From contig CAVSHT010000012.1 of the NCBI GenBank assembly GCA_963727895.1, positions 256,001 through 320,000 on the forward strand: a DNA stretch of 64,000 nucleotides. Reading direction: 5' to 3'. Origin of the DNA: an uncultured Methanosarcinaceae archaeon. GTDB lineage: Archaea; Halobacteriota; Methanosarcinia; Methanosarcinales; Methanosarcinaceae. Both the position numbers and the translations under genes were made by a program. Below, in pieces: positions 1 to 11,486 of this stretch (positions are counted from its first letter, which is position 1; every line of letters begins with the position of its first letter). Below the pieces are notes generated by a model. The model made no database searches. It was not told where the DNA came from and saw nothing but the letters and a program-made list of their open reading frames with translations.

Positions 1-139
1 CAAAGATAGGAAGATCAGGAGTGTGGATACACCCAGGCACTCTTTATCTTCCTCTTAAGATATCTTTTTACCAATCAGCCTTCTTTTCCAAAATTTTCAA
101 CTCGTGCACATTTATTCCTTATCCAAAACTTTTGGCCTA

Positions 140-274
140 TTAATCTGTAAATTCCTTTTCTTTTGCCATCCACTCAAGAGTATCGGCTATTTTTTTCTGT
201 GACTCTGCCAGACTCTCTAGAGATTTTGCAATGTTTTCAAGTTTATTAATTATCTCATAGTCTTCACTGCCCAT
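140..274 (-). CDS. Small hypothetical protein, 44 aa (MGSEDYEIINKLENIAKSLESLAESQKKIADTLEWMAKEKEFTD)
   Basis: Translated by hand: ATG at 274, TAA at 140-142, purine-rich RBS-like sequence upstream, heptad-like (coiled-coil) pattern. Below the ORF track cutoff. Confidence 0.55.
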   Translation of the reverse strand: MGSEDYEIINKLENIAKSLESLAESQKKIADTLEWMAKEKEFTD

Positions 275-455
275 TCCTGTCACTAACCCCTTTCTATTCT
301 TTTTGATATGAATATTCTTAGAAAAGCTTTGTATATAATTCTAATTTTTGATTTTCTGAAAAGAGTACACTTTTATTTCTGATACCCTTTTTTCAGTTTC
401 TTGAATACGATTTTAGATATACATTTTCTACAAGATCAAAAAATGTTCTTAATAA

Positions 456-540
456 TGCGAGGGGTGCGATTCGAACGCACGAATTCCTACGAAAATGGGT
501 CCTAAGCCCATCGCCTTTGACCTGGCTGGGCAACCCTCGC
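456..540 (-). tRNA. tRNA-Leu, anticodon TAG
   Basis: Reverse complement GCGAGGGTTGCCCAGCCAGGTCAAAGGCGATGGGCTTAGGACCCAT...GTTCGAATCGCACCCCTCGCA folds as a cloverleaf with a long variable arm. Confidence 0.96.
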
Positions 541-624
541 ATAATGTTTATCTTATTTCTCTTATTTCGATATATTTATAGAAAATAGGAAAAAGAATAG
601 TTTAATTTTTTAAAAATTATTTAA

Positions 625-696
625 TGCGCCGACCGGGATTTGAACCCGGGTTTTGGGCTTGGAAGGCCCAAGTCATAGCCACTAGACCATCAACGC
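625..696 (-). tRNA. tRNA-Gly, anticodon TCC
   Basis: Reverse complement GCGTTGATGGTCTAGTGG...GGGCCTTCCAAGCCC...GGTTCAAATCCCGGTCGGCGCA. BRE/TATA-like GCGAAAAGAATATATA upstream at 725-742. Confidence 0.96.
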
Positions 697-2036
697 AAAC
701 TGCAACACATTTAGAGGTATTTGTGATATATATTCTTTTCGCTGCTTGATCCCCACGAACTTTTTTAAAAAAGCTTGGTCAATAAAATCTCTATTCAATA
801 TTAAGTCAAACAGGGTGATGCTTGTACTTAAGGTATTAGTTTCAAATTAACGTTATTTTTTACTTATTTTTTTACTGGGTTATTAATGATCTAGTCTACA
901 GAAGAATCTTGAATGTAATTATCTGCACATGTATATTTTTTCATAAGAATAATTGAAGACAAGGTAATATACTCATTCCAATTCTCAAAATGATTGTTAA
1001 AATCGATGTGAAGCTACAGTTTTATTATACTAATTATATAAATGCTCTAATTATGTAGTCTATTTGTTATATATTTTAATTTTATATACATAGTTTTATT
1101 TTATTGTTAACCTTCTCTCTTAACTCAAAGGCAGATTTTATTAATACATGTATTTGAGAGAATATTAAAATAAATATTCATCTAATAATATCATTTAATT
1201 ATGCTGTTAAAATGAAGTTTTTTGTTAAATTTTCTGTTTTTTATTAACATTCCAATAAAAATAACTTTTTTTCATGTACTTCACTTCCAAAAGTATTAAT
1301 CTTTGAAACTTTAATATTGAAAACATCTCAATTGTATAAATTATTTTATACTATTCATTGGAAAACAGATTCTAATTATTTATACTTTCATGACGATTTC
1401 TCTAATCCTTGCTTTATGTAGAAAGGGATCTGTTCCTTTTGAATAACTTTCTTTTTTATCAAAAGGACCACGAACTTCTAAATTGCTCTTTTTATTATAT
1501 TTATTTCAAAGCTAACTTGATTGTGATTCTATTTTGGGATATAGTTTACCTGGAGTTTTCAATGCCGAAATTTTCCCTCGGCTGGTATATATTAGCATAC
1601 TTTTTTTATACAAATGAAATTATTCAACGCTTAACAAAAGATTAATGTAATGATTATGTTATACGGAGTTTTAGATGGATATAATAAAGCTGCTTGGACT
1701 TCTTTAATGATGGCTTTTTCTTTTGTGCTCTCTATCATCCGCATGGTATTTGGATTTGATCTAGCCTAAATCGAACAAAATATCTATTCCATATATCATA
1801 CAAAATTCTAAAAAATTATTGAATATTGAAAACTTTAATGTGGTCCATAAATGATAGTTTTTGAATCTAAAAACGAAAACAATGAGAGAACTTAAAAGTT
1901 CATCTAGATATACAAGTAACTCTTCCTCTAACTCTACTGAAGAGGAACAGGTAACATTATCTATATTGATAGGAACCATATTCAAGGACCCTAAAATCGT
2001 TGCCTGATGCCTGTCTACAACCATGGAGTAATATTA

Positions 2037-2894
2037 ATGAATATTGAAGAGTGGGAAGAATACAGATATGTTGAATTAGGAATAAATAATTTTATTACCC
2101 AAATGAAGGATTCAAATTTAAAAAAAATAGTAGAACACGTCTGTAATACTGGAGGAAAGCGAATAAGGCCAATTATTCTTCTTTTATCCAGTGAGATCTG
2201 TTCAGGCTCGTATCAACAGAGCCTTGATGCAGCTCTTGCTATTGAAATGATGCATTCGGCTTCTCTAATCCACGATGATCTGCTGGACCAGGGGCTTGTT
2301 AGAAGAAACCTGCCGTCAGCCCCTGAAAAATTTGGTCCTTCTAAAGCACTTCTTTGTGGTGATTACTTAATTGCAAAGTGCTTTGAATTTATTTCTCCGT
2401 ATGGAGAAAGAGTTGTTAGATATTTTGGAAAAGCTGGAATGGACATGGCTGAAGGAGAAGTCCTTGATCTTAGATTCGATAAAGATAATTTTAGAGAAAA
2501 TAACTATTTCGAGTGCATTTACAAGAAAACGGCATCCTTATTTGCAGTAAGTGCCTCTATAGGGGCATATACTGGAGGAGCTGATGAAGTTCTTGTAGAG
2601 CGTTTCAATTTCTTTGGAAATTCTCTTGGAACTGCATATCAGATTGTTGACGATATTCTTGAGTTTCTGGAAGTAGTTGACGGTAAACAATCAAAGTTTA
2701 CATCTGAAACTCTGCTGCATGTGTACATAAAGAATATGTCGGAGGACGAGGCAATACAAAAATCTATAGATGCCGTAAAGCTACACGTTAATGCTGCAAA
2801 AGAAACCCTCATGACATTCAAAGCATGCCCGGCAAGGGATAAACTCTTTCAGATTACTGATTATATAACTGTTGATATGCTTGAGAATCTCTAA
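2037..2894 (+). CDS. trans-polyprenyl diphosphate synthase, likely geranylfarnesyl (C25) diphosphate synthase
   Basis: GGKRIRP, first Asp-rich motif DDLLD, KTASLF, YQIVDD. Recalled as closely resembling M. mazei GFPP synthase. Start moved to ATG 2037 after GGAG. Confidence 0.88.
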   Translation: MNIEEWEEYRYVELGINNFITQMKDSNLKKIVEHVCNTGGKRIRPIILLLSSEICSGSYQQSLDAALAIEMMHSASLIHDDLLDQGLVRRNLPSAPEKFGPSKALLCGDYLIAKCFEFISPYGERVVRYFGKAGMDMAEGEVLDLRFDKDNFRENNYFECIYKKTASLFAVSASIGAYTGGADEVLVERFNFFGNSLGTAYQIVDDILEFLEVVDGKQSKFTSETLLHVYIKNMSEDEAIQKSIDAVKLHVNAAKETLMTFKACPARDKLFQITDYITVDMLENL

Positions 2895-3025
2895 TTGTTT
2901 ATCTTCTCTTAAAAAAGAATCGCAATTTTGCAGAGTTCTCTGTATGTAATACGAAAAAAATAATATCTTTTTGTTATTATTAGCAAATTTTCCAATTTTT
3001 ACCACTAACTTTACCAGGTGTATCC

Positions 3026-4204
3026 ATGCGAGTATATAATAGTCCAGTTATTAAGGTAAACGCCAACACAGAAAATGAAAAAATAGTGCTCGATGCCGAA
3101 GGGCCTCTTTCCCAGCTTGCAAAACCCTTCCTCAAGCGCATAAACAACATTTTTGCGGAAGAAAAGCCAGTTTCAATGAACGAGAACGAGATTATTTTCT
3201 CTACATGGATTCCACCTATTCCGGGACCTGTTTTTAACCGAATGATAAGTGCTGAGATAGCATCTATCAGAAAAAAAAGAGTCCCTGATCAGTTTTCGAT
3301 AGGAATTACTGCCCGTTGTCCAAATCACTGTATCCATTGCGGAGCAGCTGATATCAAGCCAGAAAGGGAACTAACTCTTGATGAGATTTCTGAAGCTGTA
3401 GACCAAAGTCTAGATCTTGGTACGTATCTTGTTTGTTTTGATGGCGGAGAAACTATGCTCCGAAACGATCTGGTTGAGATGGTAGCCAGAGTAGACAAAT
3501 CTAAGGCAATTGCTACTTGTTTCACCTCAGGGTTCAGACTTTCCGAGGAGAGAGCAAGAGAACTTAAAGATGCTGGTCTATACGCTGCAAGAATTAGTTT
3601 GGATAGCCCATATGAAGCCGAACATGATCGTATTCGTGGAAGAAATGGAGCATATAGGGATGCAATTGATGGAATCAAGAATGCAAAAGCAGCTGGAATT
3701 CTCACTGATATGTTTGTGGTGGTATCTCCTCACAACATTGACGATCTTGAGGAATTTCATAATCTTGCAGTTGACTTTGGAATGCACGAACTATCCATCT
3801 ATGAAATAATTGCAGTTGGACGCTGGCTTGATCACGAGGACGAGGTAATCGGGGAAAAAGATGTCTTAAGACTTGAGAAATTTCAGAAAGCAATAAATTC
3901 TAAGCCTGAAGGTCCCAGAGTCACCGCATTGCCATATCTTTTGGGTCCAAGTCTCTTTGGGTGTTTTGCGGGCAGGCGGTGGATGCACGCCGCTTCTGAT
4001 GGAGAAGTAATGCCTTGTGCCTATACTCCTCTCTCTTTTGGAAATATCTGTGAAGAGTCCTTAGAAACTATCTGGAAGCGTATGGGCAAGCATGACGCTT
4101 ACAAAAAGGATGCTGCTTATTGCATGATGCGCAACCCCGATTTCCGTACAGAATATATTCATACAATCCCTCAGGGTGCAAAGATCCCTTATAGGCTCAA
4201 GTAA
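3026..4204 (+). CDS. Radical SAM protein with SPASM/Twitch-type C-terminal domain
   Basis: CPNHCIHC (CxxxCxxC), GGE motif, C-terminal GCFAG...DGEVMPC...GNI. Confidence 0.9.
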   Translation: MRVYNSPVIKVNANTENEKIVLDAEGPLSQLAKPFLKRINNIFAEEKPVSMNENEIIFSTWIPPIPGPVFNRMISAEIASIRKKRVPDQFSIGITARCPNHCIHCGAADIKPERELTLDEISEAVDQSLDLGTYLVCFDGGETMLRNDLVEMVARVDKSKAIATCFTSGFRLSEERARELKDAGLYAARISLDSPYEAEHDRIRGRNGAYRDAIDGIKNAKAAGILTDMFVVVSPHNIDDLEEFHNLAVDFGMHELSIYEIIAVGRWLDHEDEVIGEKDVLRLEKFQKAINSKPEGPRVTALPYLLGPSLFGCFAGRRWMHAASDGEVMPCAYTPLSFGNICEESLETIWKRMGKHDAYKKDAAYCMMRNPDFRTEYIHTIPQGAKIPYRLK

Positions 4205-5005
4205 CATTTTTTTGTGTTATTTTTAATTTTTTAGATTGTCATCTAACAAATAAATATTTTTAAAACGTTTCAAATAATAATTATTTTTAATTGAAAATAA
4301 ATTGATTTTCGGTATAAATTTAATACTGAATCTCGTATTCAATTTCTATAATTTAAATAATGTGTTAGTTATTGCTATTTCAGCTCTGTAGAAATCCTCA
4401 ATATTCAGGCAAAAATCAAAGTTAACAAGAATTCAAAAAGTATTATCACTTATTTTATAGATTTGCCGTTATCAACCTGATGATAGTGGATTTGATAGGT
4501 TTTTTACAGAGCCGCTCTTTCTGTAACTTTATAAATGTTAATTGGATGCATAGATAATTGTAGTAATCATTATAACGTTAATACTGAATATAATAAATTT
4601 CAATGTAGTTGGATATTAAATATAATTATATTTATTTAGTCCTCTCTCTAAAAACTTTCGAAGTATGTTCAAAAGCGAGGAAAAAAGCGTGAGATGTCTT
4701 AACTAAAAGTATTCATTTATATTTGTTAACTTAATTTTATAACATTATGAACACACATATTTTTAGATCTTTGCTTTAATTATTCAGTTACGCTTTATAT
4801 TAAATTATCGAACGTTCTATTAGATAATATTTTGATATTGAATTATAGTTCACTGTTGCAATATAATAGTATTTTTACTGTAATCTTTGGTAATTTCATT
4901 TAAATCATATCTCCGGTTATTTGTATTAGATTATATATTAAAAAATTTTATAAGTTCTTTTATAATTATTATTCATTACATATGCCCCTCTCTTTTTGGA
5001 TAAAA

Positions 5006-5021
5006 CCGAAGCTGTTATATA
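5006..5021 (+). promoter_or_regulatory. Candidate BRE/TATA promoter of the aha operon
   Basis: CCGAAGCTGTTATATA about 90 nt upstream of ahaH. Confidence 0.5.
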
Positions 5022-5112
5022 GTTCATTCGCTAAGGATTTGTTAACTACCTCCATTGAAGTAGGGATTTTTAATTATTAATCTATATTAAATATTGAGAG
5101 ACGGAGATTCAC

Positions 5113-5439
5113 ATGGCTAAAAATGAAATCTTATCTGAAATCAAAAAAGCAGAAGAGAATGCGAAAAAAATGATTGATGAAGCCATTGATGTAAAAAACA
5201 AACGTATCTCTGATGCTCGAACTGAAGCTAGAGAAATCCTGAAACAAGGTGAAATTGATTCACATAAAGCTGCACAGGATTCTTTTAAATCTGGTGAAGA
5301 AAAAGTTCTGGTTGAGAAAGACAGAGTTCTTAAAGATGGTGAACAAGATGCTTTAGCCATGGCCCAAAAAGCTCAAGCTAATGTTGACAAAGCCGTTGAT
5401 TACCTGTTAATAGAGTTTGAGAGGGCGGTCCATGAGTAG
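5113..5439 (+). CDS. ahaH: A1A0 ATP synthase subunit H
   Basis: Charged helical protein ([16 protein letters not shown]), first gene of the operon. Confidence 0.9.
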   Translation: MAKNEILSEIKKAEENAKKMIDEAIDVKNKRISDARTEAREILKQGEIDSHKAAQDSFKSGEEKVLVEKDRVLKDGEQDALAMAQKAQANVDKAVDYLLIEFERAVHE

Positions 5440-7375
5440 ACCCAAAAGAATGACAAAAGCCATAATTGTTGGGCATAAAAGTGTTTTAAAAGAAACCATC
5501 GATGCACTGCATGATTCTAATCTCCTTCATATTGAAGATTTTATTGATGATGAGTCTGGTTTTAAGATCAGCAAGCCATTTAAAAACGCTGAAGAAGTAT
5601 CTAAAAAGCTTGTGAAGATCCGCTCTATCTCCAATTATTTGGGGATTGAACAAACAAGACCGGCAGTCCAGAAAGCTGATTCAATTCTACATGAACTTGA
5701 TACAAAACTAAGTAAACTGGATCGTGCCATATCAGAAAAATCTGAAACAATCAGTAAATATGATGCCGAGTTAAAGGATCTGGAGAACCAAAAAAAGGAT
5801 CTTCTCCCATTCCTGTCTATAAATCTTGACTTTGATTATTATCGAGGTTATGAAAACCTGAAAGTTTTTGCAGGCATAATCAAAGGAAATTTAGAAGAAG
5901 GTCAAATTTCAAGCATCACCCAGGCATACGAATTGTACTTTGATCCTCAAGCAAAAACAGTTGTATTGTTCGTAGATCAGAAAGATGCTAGCAAAGTTCA
6001 AGAATTGCTTCAGAGTCTTGAATTTAGAGAGCTCAGAGTCCCAGAAAGAGGTGGTATTCCAAGCGAGTTGTTAAGAGCAACAGAACAAAGAGAGGCTGAA
6101 GCCTCAAGGAAGATCGAGTCACTAAAAGGAGAAGTGGAATCCTTAAAAGCACAATATACGGATTTCCTTCTTGCTAGCGAAGAGGTCTTAAGCATCGAAA
6201 ATCAGAAGGCAGAACTGCCCTTGAGAATTGCGACGTCTGAAAATGCCTTTATAATAGAAGGCTGGACTCCCAGCGAGAACTACGATACCTTGGTCAACAC
6301 TGTTAATGATGCTACATCTGGCCGGGCATATGTTACCTCACTCAAAATAGAAGAGGAAGATGAAGAAGACGGACATATACCTGTCGAGTATAATAACTCG
6401 AAACTAGCACAACCAATGCAGGAGATCATGGAACTGTACTCTAGGCCCAAATACACCGAAATCGATCCCACTTCAATTATATTCATTGCGTTCCCATTAA
6501 TTTACGGGATGATCCTTGGAGATATGGGGTATGCAATTATTCTGGGAGCAATGGCGCTGGCGCTTAAATCACTTATAAAATCAGATGCAGTAAAGCCTTT
6601 AATGAATATTCTGATCTACAGTGAAATATCAGCATTTATATTTGGTATTATTTATGGTGAGTTCCTAGGATTCCCGCTAGCGAATACGGCTGAAGAGCAA
6701 GGTTTAATCCCATTCTGGAATACGGTTACTTTGTTCCCAGGTCTTTCCGGCGAAGAATTCACATTCCCGGTTCATAGGGCTCACATGGTAATGACCATGA
6801 TTGCAGTATCTATCTTTGTAGGACTGATCCATCTAAATCTTGGGTATATTCTCGGTTTTATAAATGTTTCCAAGGAACATGGAGCAAAGATGGCAGTTAT
6901 GGAAAAAGGCAGTTGGATGATTATTGAGCTTGGTGTTCTCGTCGCAGCTATCGGCTATTTAGGTGGTATTTCTGGGCTGACTTATCTCGGTGCTATTATT
7001 CTTCTTCTCGGAGTAGTGTTACTCGCGATGGGTGAGGGTATCGCTGGTATAGTCGAATTACCAGGTCTTATGGGTAACGCGTTATCTTATGCCCGTATTA
7101 TAGCAGTTGGTCTGTCTTCGATTTACATCGCATCAACGGTCAATGATATTGCTTTCAAAATGATTTGGGCTGACCATTCTAAGATAGGTATTGCAGCAAT
7201 AGGTGCAATAATCGTGTTCATACTCGGGCATGCTCTTAACACTGCCTTGAGTATTATCGCTCCCGGTCTGCACGCACTCAGGTTGCAGTATGTAGAATTC
7301 TTTGGAAAATTCTATGAAGGCGGGGGCAGAAAATTCAATCCATTTGGTTATATAAGAAAATATACGGAGGAATAA
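5432..7375 (+). CDS. ahaI: A1A0 ATP synthase subunit I (a)
   Basis: [22 protein letters not shown] motifs and a hydrophobic C-terminal half. ATG at 5432 overlaps ahaH. Confidence 0.96.
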   Translation: MSRPKRMTKAIIVGHKSVLKETIDALHDSNLLHIEDFIDDESGFKISKPFKNAEEVSKKLVKIRSISNYLGIEQTRPAVQKADSILHELDTKLSKLDRAISEKSETISKYDAELKDLENQKKDLLPFLSINLDFDYYRGYENLKVFAGIIKGNLEEGQISSITQAYELYFDPQAKTVVLFVDQKDASKVQELLQSLEFRELRVPERGGIPSELLRATEQREAEASRKIESLKGEVESLKAQYTDFLLASEEVLSIENQKAELPLRIATSENAFIIEGWTPSENYDTLVNTVNDATSGRAYVTSLKIEEEDEEDGHIPVEYNNSKLAQPMQEIMELYSRPKYTEIDPTSIIFIAFPLIYGMILGDMGYAIILGAMALALKSLIKSDAVKPLMNILIYSEISAFIFGIIYGEFLGFPLANTAEEQGLIPFWNTVTLFPGLSGEEFTFPVHRAHMVMTMIAVSIFVGLIHLNLGYILGFINVSKEHGAKMAVMEKGSWMIIELGVLVAAIGYLGGISGLTYLGAIILLLGVVLLAMGEGIAGIVELPGLMGNALSYARIIAVGLSSIYIASTVNDIAFKMIWADHSKIGIAAIGAIIVFILGHALNTALSIIAPGLHALRLQYVEFFGKFYEGGGRKFNPFGYIRKYTEE

Positions 7376-7380
7376 AAACT

Positions 7381-7629
7381 ATGGTAGACGCAGGAACAGC
7401 AGCAGCAGCTATGCAAATGATAGGAGATTCAGGACTTAAAGCAATTGGTGCAGGACTTGCAATTGCAGGAACTGGGCTCGCATCCGGATGGGCAGAAAAA
7501 GATATCGGTTCTGCTGCAATCGGTGCAATGGCAGAGAATGAAGCCTTGTTCGGTAAAGGTCTGATCCTTACTGTCATTCCAGAAACCATTGTTATCTTCG
7601 GTCTTGTCGTAGCCTTGCTTATCAAATAA
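7381..7629 (+). CDS. ahaK: A1A0 ATP synthase proteolipid subunit K (c)
   Basis: Two TM helices, IPETIVIFG with the ion-binding Glu. Confidence 0.96.
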   Translation: MVDAGTAAAAMQMIGDSGLKAIGAGLAIAGTGLASGWAEKDIGSAAIGAMAENEALFGKGLILTVIPETIVIFGLVVALLIK

Positions 7630-7659
7630 AGCAGTGTTTACTCAGCAGATAAATAAATT

Positions 7660-7797
7660 GATTTAAGAGTATTCCCTGCTCTTAAATCTTTTAGAGAATC
7701 TTTGCTCTAAACCATTAGGGCATTTATGCTCTAAGTTTGTTGGGAAGTTTGCTCTTTTAGAGTATTCTTAGCTCTCTTAGAGTATCTTTTGCTCTAA
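7660..7797. repeat. Cluster of five short related inverted repeats, consensus TTAGAG-N8-9-CTCTAA
   Basis: 7660-7688, 7690-7711, 7715-7734, about 7757-7776 (imperfect) and 7777-7797, all in the ahaK-ahaE gap. Confidence 0.7.
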
Positions 7798-7817
7798 ATT
7801 TATTTGGAGGTGGAAGC

Positions 7818-8369
7818 ATGGGACTAGATATCGTTGTAAGAGATATCCAGAGTGGTGCACAGGCTGAAGTTTCTAGGATCAAGGCTGAAGCTGATGCAAG
7901 AGTATCTGAGATTCTAAATGAAGCCAGAGATGGCCAAAAAAAGATGCTCGGAGACAGCCTTGCACAAGCCGAAGAAGACCTCAAAAATCTACACCAACAA
8001 GTGATATCCAGTGCAAACCTTGACGTGAAAAGGATAAGACTTAATAAACGAAAAGAGCTTCTAGAGCAGGTTTATAATAAGGCCGATGAGTCTATAAAAT
8101 CAATGCCTGCTTCTAAAAATGAGAAGTTGTTAAAGGTTCTGATAGATGAGCATCAAGCTGAAGGTGTCAGAATTTATTCTGCAAAAGGTTCAGAACCTAT
8201 TGTCAGGAAATTATCTTCTTTATCTTACGCTGGTAACATCAATATTCTCGGTGGTATTGTTCTGGAAAACGAGGATAGAACGGTCAGGCTAGATTTCACA
8301 TACGATTCAATCCTGAAAAATGTGTACGAGCGTTCATTGAAGCAAATATCTGATATTTTATACGGGTGA
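7818..8369 (+). CDS. ahaE: A1A0 ATP synthase subunit E
   Basis: MGLDIVVRDI...ILGGIVLE...LDFTYD, GGAGGTG RBS, operon position. Confidence 0.94.
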   Translation: MGLDIVVRDIQSGAQAEVSRIKAEADARVSEILNEARDGQKKMLGDSLAQAEEDLKNLHQQVISSANLDVKRIRLNKRKELLEQVYNKADESIKSMPASKNEKLLKVLIDEHQAEGVRIYSAKGSEPIVRKLSSLSYAGNINILGGIVLENEDRTVRLDFTYDSILKNVYERSLKQISDILYG

Positions 8370-8375
8370 TCTTCG

Positions 8376-9455
8376 ATGCGGCTTTTGGAGAGATTCCGGG
8401 GGAAAAAACCCTCACAATCCGATAAGAATAAAAAAGGAAATTCTAACTATGCCTATTCCGTAACCCGTGTCCGCGCGATGAAGAGTAAGTTGCTTCCTAA
8501 AGAATCGTATCCCCGGCTTCTCAACATGGGGATTGATGAAATTACCCGTTTTATCCAAGAGTCTGAATACAAAAACGACGTTGACGAACTGGCAATGAAA
8601 TACAGCGGTGGCGATCTGGCAGAACACGCATTAAACAGGAATCTTGCGCTCACATATGACAAGTTAGAAAGGATCACCACAGGAGAACTAAATTATTTGA
8701 GTACTGCATATCTGAAAAGATATGAAGTCTGGAACATAAAGACGCTTCTCCGCGGTAAACTTTACAACGCCCCTGTCGAAGATATCTTGGAGTTCCTAAT
8801 TGCTTCCGGGAAGTTTACTTACACTTTTCTGTCAGAACTTGCAGCCAAGCCAACATATCAGGAAATCGTTGATGCCCTGAGACAGACAGAATACTATTCT
8901 TTGCTGCAAACATTTGACGGAACTAACTTGGCCTACATAGAAAATGAGCTTGACAAAATTTATTATGCAAGTTTGTTTGAAGCAATCGGGGCACCAAAAT
9001 CTAAGGACCGTAAGCTTTTTGCCAGGTTCATCAAGCTGGAAGTCGACGTTAAGAATTTGAGTAACCTCTTCAGGCTGAAAAAAGCAGGAGTAGAACACTC
9101 TGATGAAATAATGCCTCTCATGATTGAGGGTGGGCTTGAGTTAAGGCCCGAGAAACTCGCACCTCTTCCATATGGAGAGTTTGTCAATGAGCTTCATAAA
9201 ACTCATTACTGGGATGCAATTTCAAATGTTATCGATTCGGATATGGCTTCCCTAACTAGTCTTGAAAGCAGGCTCACAAGATATTATCTTGAATCAGCAA
9301 CTACTTTTTCACACGCGTCTCCGATCTCAATTATACCTGTTATGGATTATATTATCCATAAGAATAATGAGATCACTAATCTTCGGATAATCTTCAGGGG
9401 TAAGGAGTCCGGCCTCAGTGATAACTTAATTAAAGACCAGTTGGTGATTATCTAA
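8376..9455 (+). CDS. ahaC: A1A0 ATP synthase subunit C
   Basis: [22 protein letters not shown] motifs. Confidence 0.94.
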   Translation: MRLLERFRGKKPSQSDKNKKGNSNYAYSVTRVRAMKSKLLPKESYPRLLNMGIDEITRFIQESEYKNDVDELAMKYSGGDLAEHALNRNLALTYDKLERITTGELNYLSTAYLKRYEVWNIKTLLRGKLYNAPVEDILEFLIASGKFTYTFLSELAAKPTYQEIVDALRQTEYYSLLQTFDGTNLAYIENELDKIYYASLFEAIGAPKSKDRKLFARFIKLEVDVKNLSNLFRLKKAGVEHSDEIMPLMIEGGLELRPEKLAPLPYGEFVNELHKTHYWDAISNVIDSDMASLTSLESRLTRYYLESATTFSHASPISIIPVMDYIIHKNNEITNLRIIFRGKESGLSDNLIKDQLVII

Positions 9456-9757
9456 TGGAATTAGCAGTGATCGGAAAAAGCGATTTCGTTACGGGATTCA
9501 GGCTGGCTGGTGTCAGAAAAATCTACGAAGCTGCTGATATCACGGTCATCGAGTTAGCAGTAAAAGAGATGCTTCAAGATAAAAATGCCGGGATTCTTGT
9601 AATGCATAATGATGACATTAATAATCTGCCGGAAATTTTAAGGAAAGACCTGAATGAGTCTGTTCAGCCTACAGTGGTAGCCCTTGGAGGTAGTGGATCA
9701 GGCTCAAGTTTAAGAGATAAGATAAAACAAGCGGTAGGTGTTGATCTGTGGAAGTAA
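9455..9757 (+). CDS. ahaF: A1A0 ATP synthase subunit F
   Basis: [18 protein letters not shown]...IKQAVGVDL. Confidence 0.95.
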   Translation: MELAVIGKSDFVTGFRLAGVRKIYEAADITVIELAVKEMLQDKNAGILVMHNDDINNLPEILRKDLNESVQPTVVALGGSGSGSSLRDKIKQAVGVDLWK

Positions 9758-11484
9758 AAGGTGAAATTTATCGTGTGTCTGGGCCTGTCGTCACCGCCAT
9801 CGGCTTGCAGGCAAAAATGTATGACCTGGTCAAAGTCGGTAATGAAGGTCTAATGGGTGAAGTCATCCAGATATTAGGTCCCAAGACCATCATCCAGGTA
9901 TACGAAGAGACCGCAGGCGTCAAGCCAGGAGAACCTTGTTATTCTACAGGGTCTTCTCTGTCCGTGGAACTTGGTCCCGGTCTTCTTTCCAGTATTTATG
10001 ATGGGGTTCAGAGACCATTGAAGGTCCTGCTCGAAAGGACGGGCGACTTCATTGGCAGAGGTGTCACTGCAGATGGTCTTGACCACCAGAGACTCTGGGA
10101 TTTCAAACCCATTGTCAAGAAAGGTGACGTTGTAAAAGGTGGAGAAGTAATCGGTGTTGTACAGGAAACCGTGAATATTGAACATAAAATCATGATGCCT
10201 CCTGATATTTCAGGTACAGTTGCCGACATAAAGAGCGGAAACTTTACGGTAGTAGACACAATCTGTACTCTGACTGATGGGACTGAATTGCAGATGATGC
10301 AAAAGTGGCCTGTCAGGAGGCCCAGACCTGTTAGGTCAAAACTCACTCCAACCAGGCCTCTGGTTACAGGAATGAGAATCCTTGATGGGCTTTTCCCTGT
10401 GGCAAAAGGCGGAACGGCTGCAATCCCAGGACCTTTCGGATCTGGAAAGACCGTTACTCAGCAGTCGCTTGCAAAGTGGAGTGACACTGAAATTGTGGTC
10501 TACATCGGTTGTGGTGAGCGTGGAAACGAAATGGCAGATGTTCTGAGTGAATTCCCTGAACTTGAAGACCCACAGACTGGTCGTCCACTGATGGACCGTA
10601 CTGTTCTTATCGCTAATACTTCAAACATGCCTGTGGCCGCAAGAGAAGCATCTGTGTACACCGGAATCACCATTGCAGAATACTTCCGTGACATGGGATT
10701 AGATGTATCCCTTATGGCAGACTCCACCTCCAGGTGGGCAGAAGCCATGAGAGAAATCTCCTCCCGTCTTGAAGAAATGCCTGGTGAAGAAGGTTATCCT
10801 GCATACCTGTCTGCAAGGCTTGCTGAATTCTATGAGCGTTCCGGAGTTGCAGAGAGTCTCTGCGGTGAGACAGGTTCCATTACTGTTATTGGAGCAGTAT
10901 CTCCACCTGGTGGTGACTTCTCAGAGCCTGTTACGCAGAACACCCTGCGTATCGTAAAAGTTTTCTGGGCTCTCGATGCCAAACTCTCTCAGAGGCGTCA
11001 CTTCCCGGCCATCAACTGGCTGAACAGTTACAGTCTGTACAAGGACAGTCTTAATGACTGGTTTGCAGAGAACGTGGCTCCTGATTTTGTGGCTTTGAGG
11101 GAAAGGGCAATGGAAATGCTCCAGACAGAATCTGAACTGCAGGAAATCGTGCAGCTCGTAGGTTCTGACGCTCTGCCAGAAGATCAGCAGCTTCTGCTTG
11201 AAATCACCCGTATGCTCAGGGAAATTTTCCTGCAGCAGAATGCATTCCACCCAATAGATGCCTACAGTCCATTCTCTGAACAGTACGAGATCCTGAAGGC
11301 TATCATGAAGTGGGGAGACGCTGCAATGGATGCCTTGAAATCCGGTGTTCCAGTACCTGAAATTCTCAAGCTTGAATCCAGAAATGTGCTTGCTAAGGTC
11401 AAGTATGAGGAGAAGTTTACTGAGTCTATGAATGCTGTCCTGGCACAGATGGATAAAGAGTTTTCATCCCTGAGAGGTAGGTAA
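9748..11484 (+). CDS. ahaA: A1A0 ATP synthase subunit A (catalytic)
   Basis: Walker [27 protein letters not shown]. No intein (578 aa). Confidence 0.98.
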   Translation: MEVKGEIYRVSGPVVTAIGLQAKMYDLVKVGNEGLMGEVIQILGPKTIIQVYEETAGVKPGEPCYSTGSSLSVELGPGLLSSIYDGVQRPLKVLLERTGDFIGRGVTADGLDHQRLWDFKPIVKKGDVVKGGEVIGVVQETVNIEHKIMMPPDISGTVADIKSGNFTVVDTICTLTDGTELQMMQKWPVRRPRPVRSKLTPTRPLVTGMRILDGLFPVAKGGTAAIPGPFGSGKTVTQQSLAKWSDTEIVVYIGCGERGNEMADVLSEFPELEDPQTGRPLMDRTVLIANTSNMPVAAREASVYTGITIAEYFRDMGLDVSLMADSTSRWAEAMREISSRLEEMPGEEGYPAYLSARLAEFYERSGVAESLCGETGSITVIGAVSPPGGDFSEPVTQNTLRIVKVFWALDAKLSQRRHFPAINWLNSYSLYKDSLNDWFAENVAPDFVALRERAMEMLQTESELQEIVQLVGSDALPEDQQLLLEITRMLREIFLQQNAFHPIDAYSPFSEQYEILKAIMKWGDAAMDALKSGVPVPEILKLESRNVLAKVKYEEKFTESMNAVLAQMDKEFSSLRGR

Positions 11485-11486
11485 GC

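Noticed and set aside
1409..2024. Short ORFs 1409-1645 (+) and 1761-2024 (-)
   Set aside because: AT-rich, low-complexity translations with no recognisable motif or RBS.
3026..4204. Radical SAM enzyme as the maturase of the peptide array
   Set aside because: It lies more than 50 kb away and is coupled to a prenyl synthase. Nothing in the sequence links them.
9748..11484. Intein in ATP synthase subunit A
   Set aside because: Normal length and continuous sequence through the GSGKT and VGAVSPPGG insertion regions.
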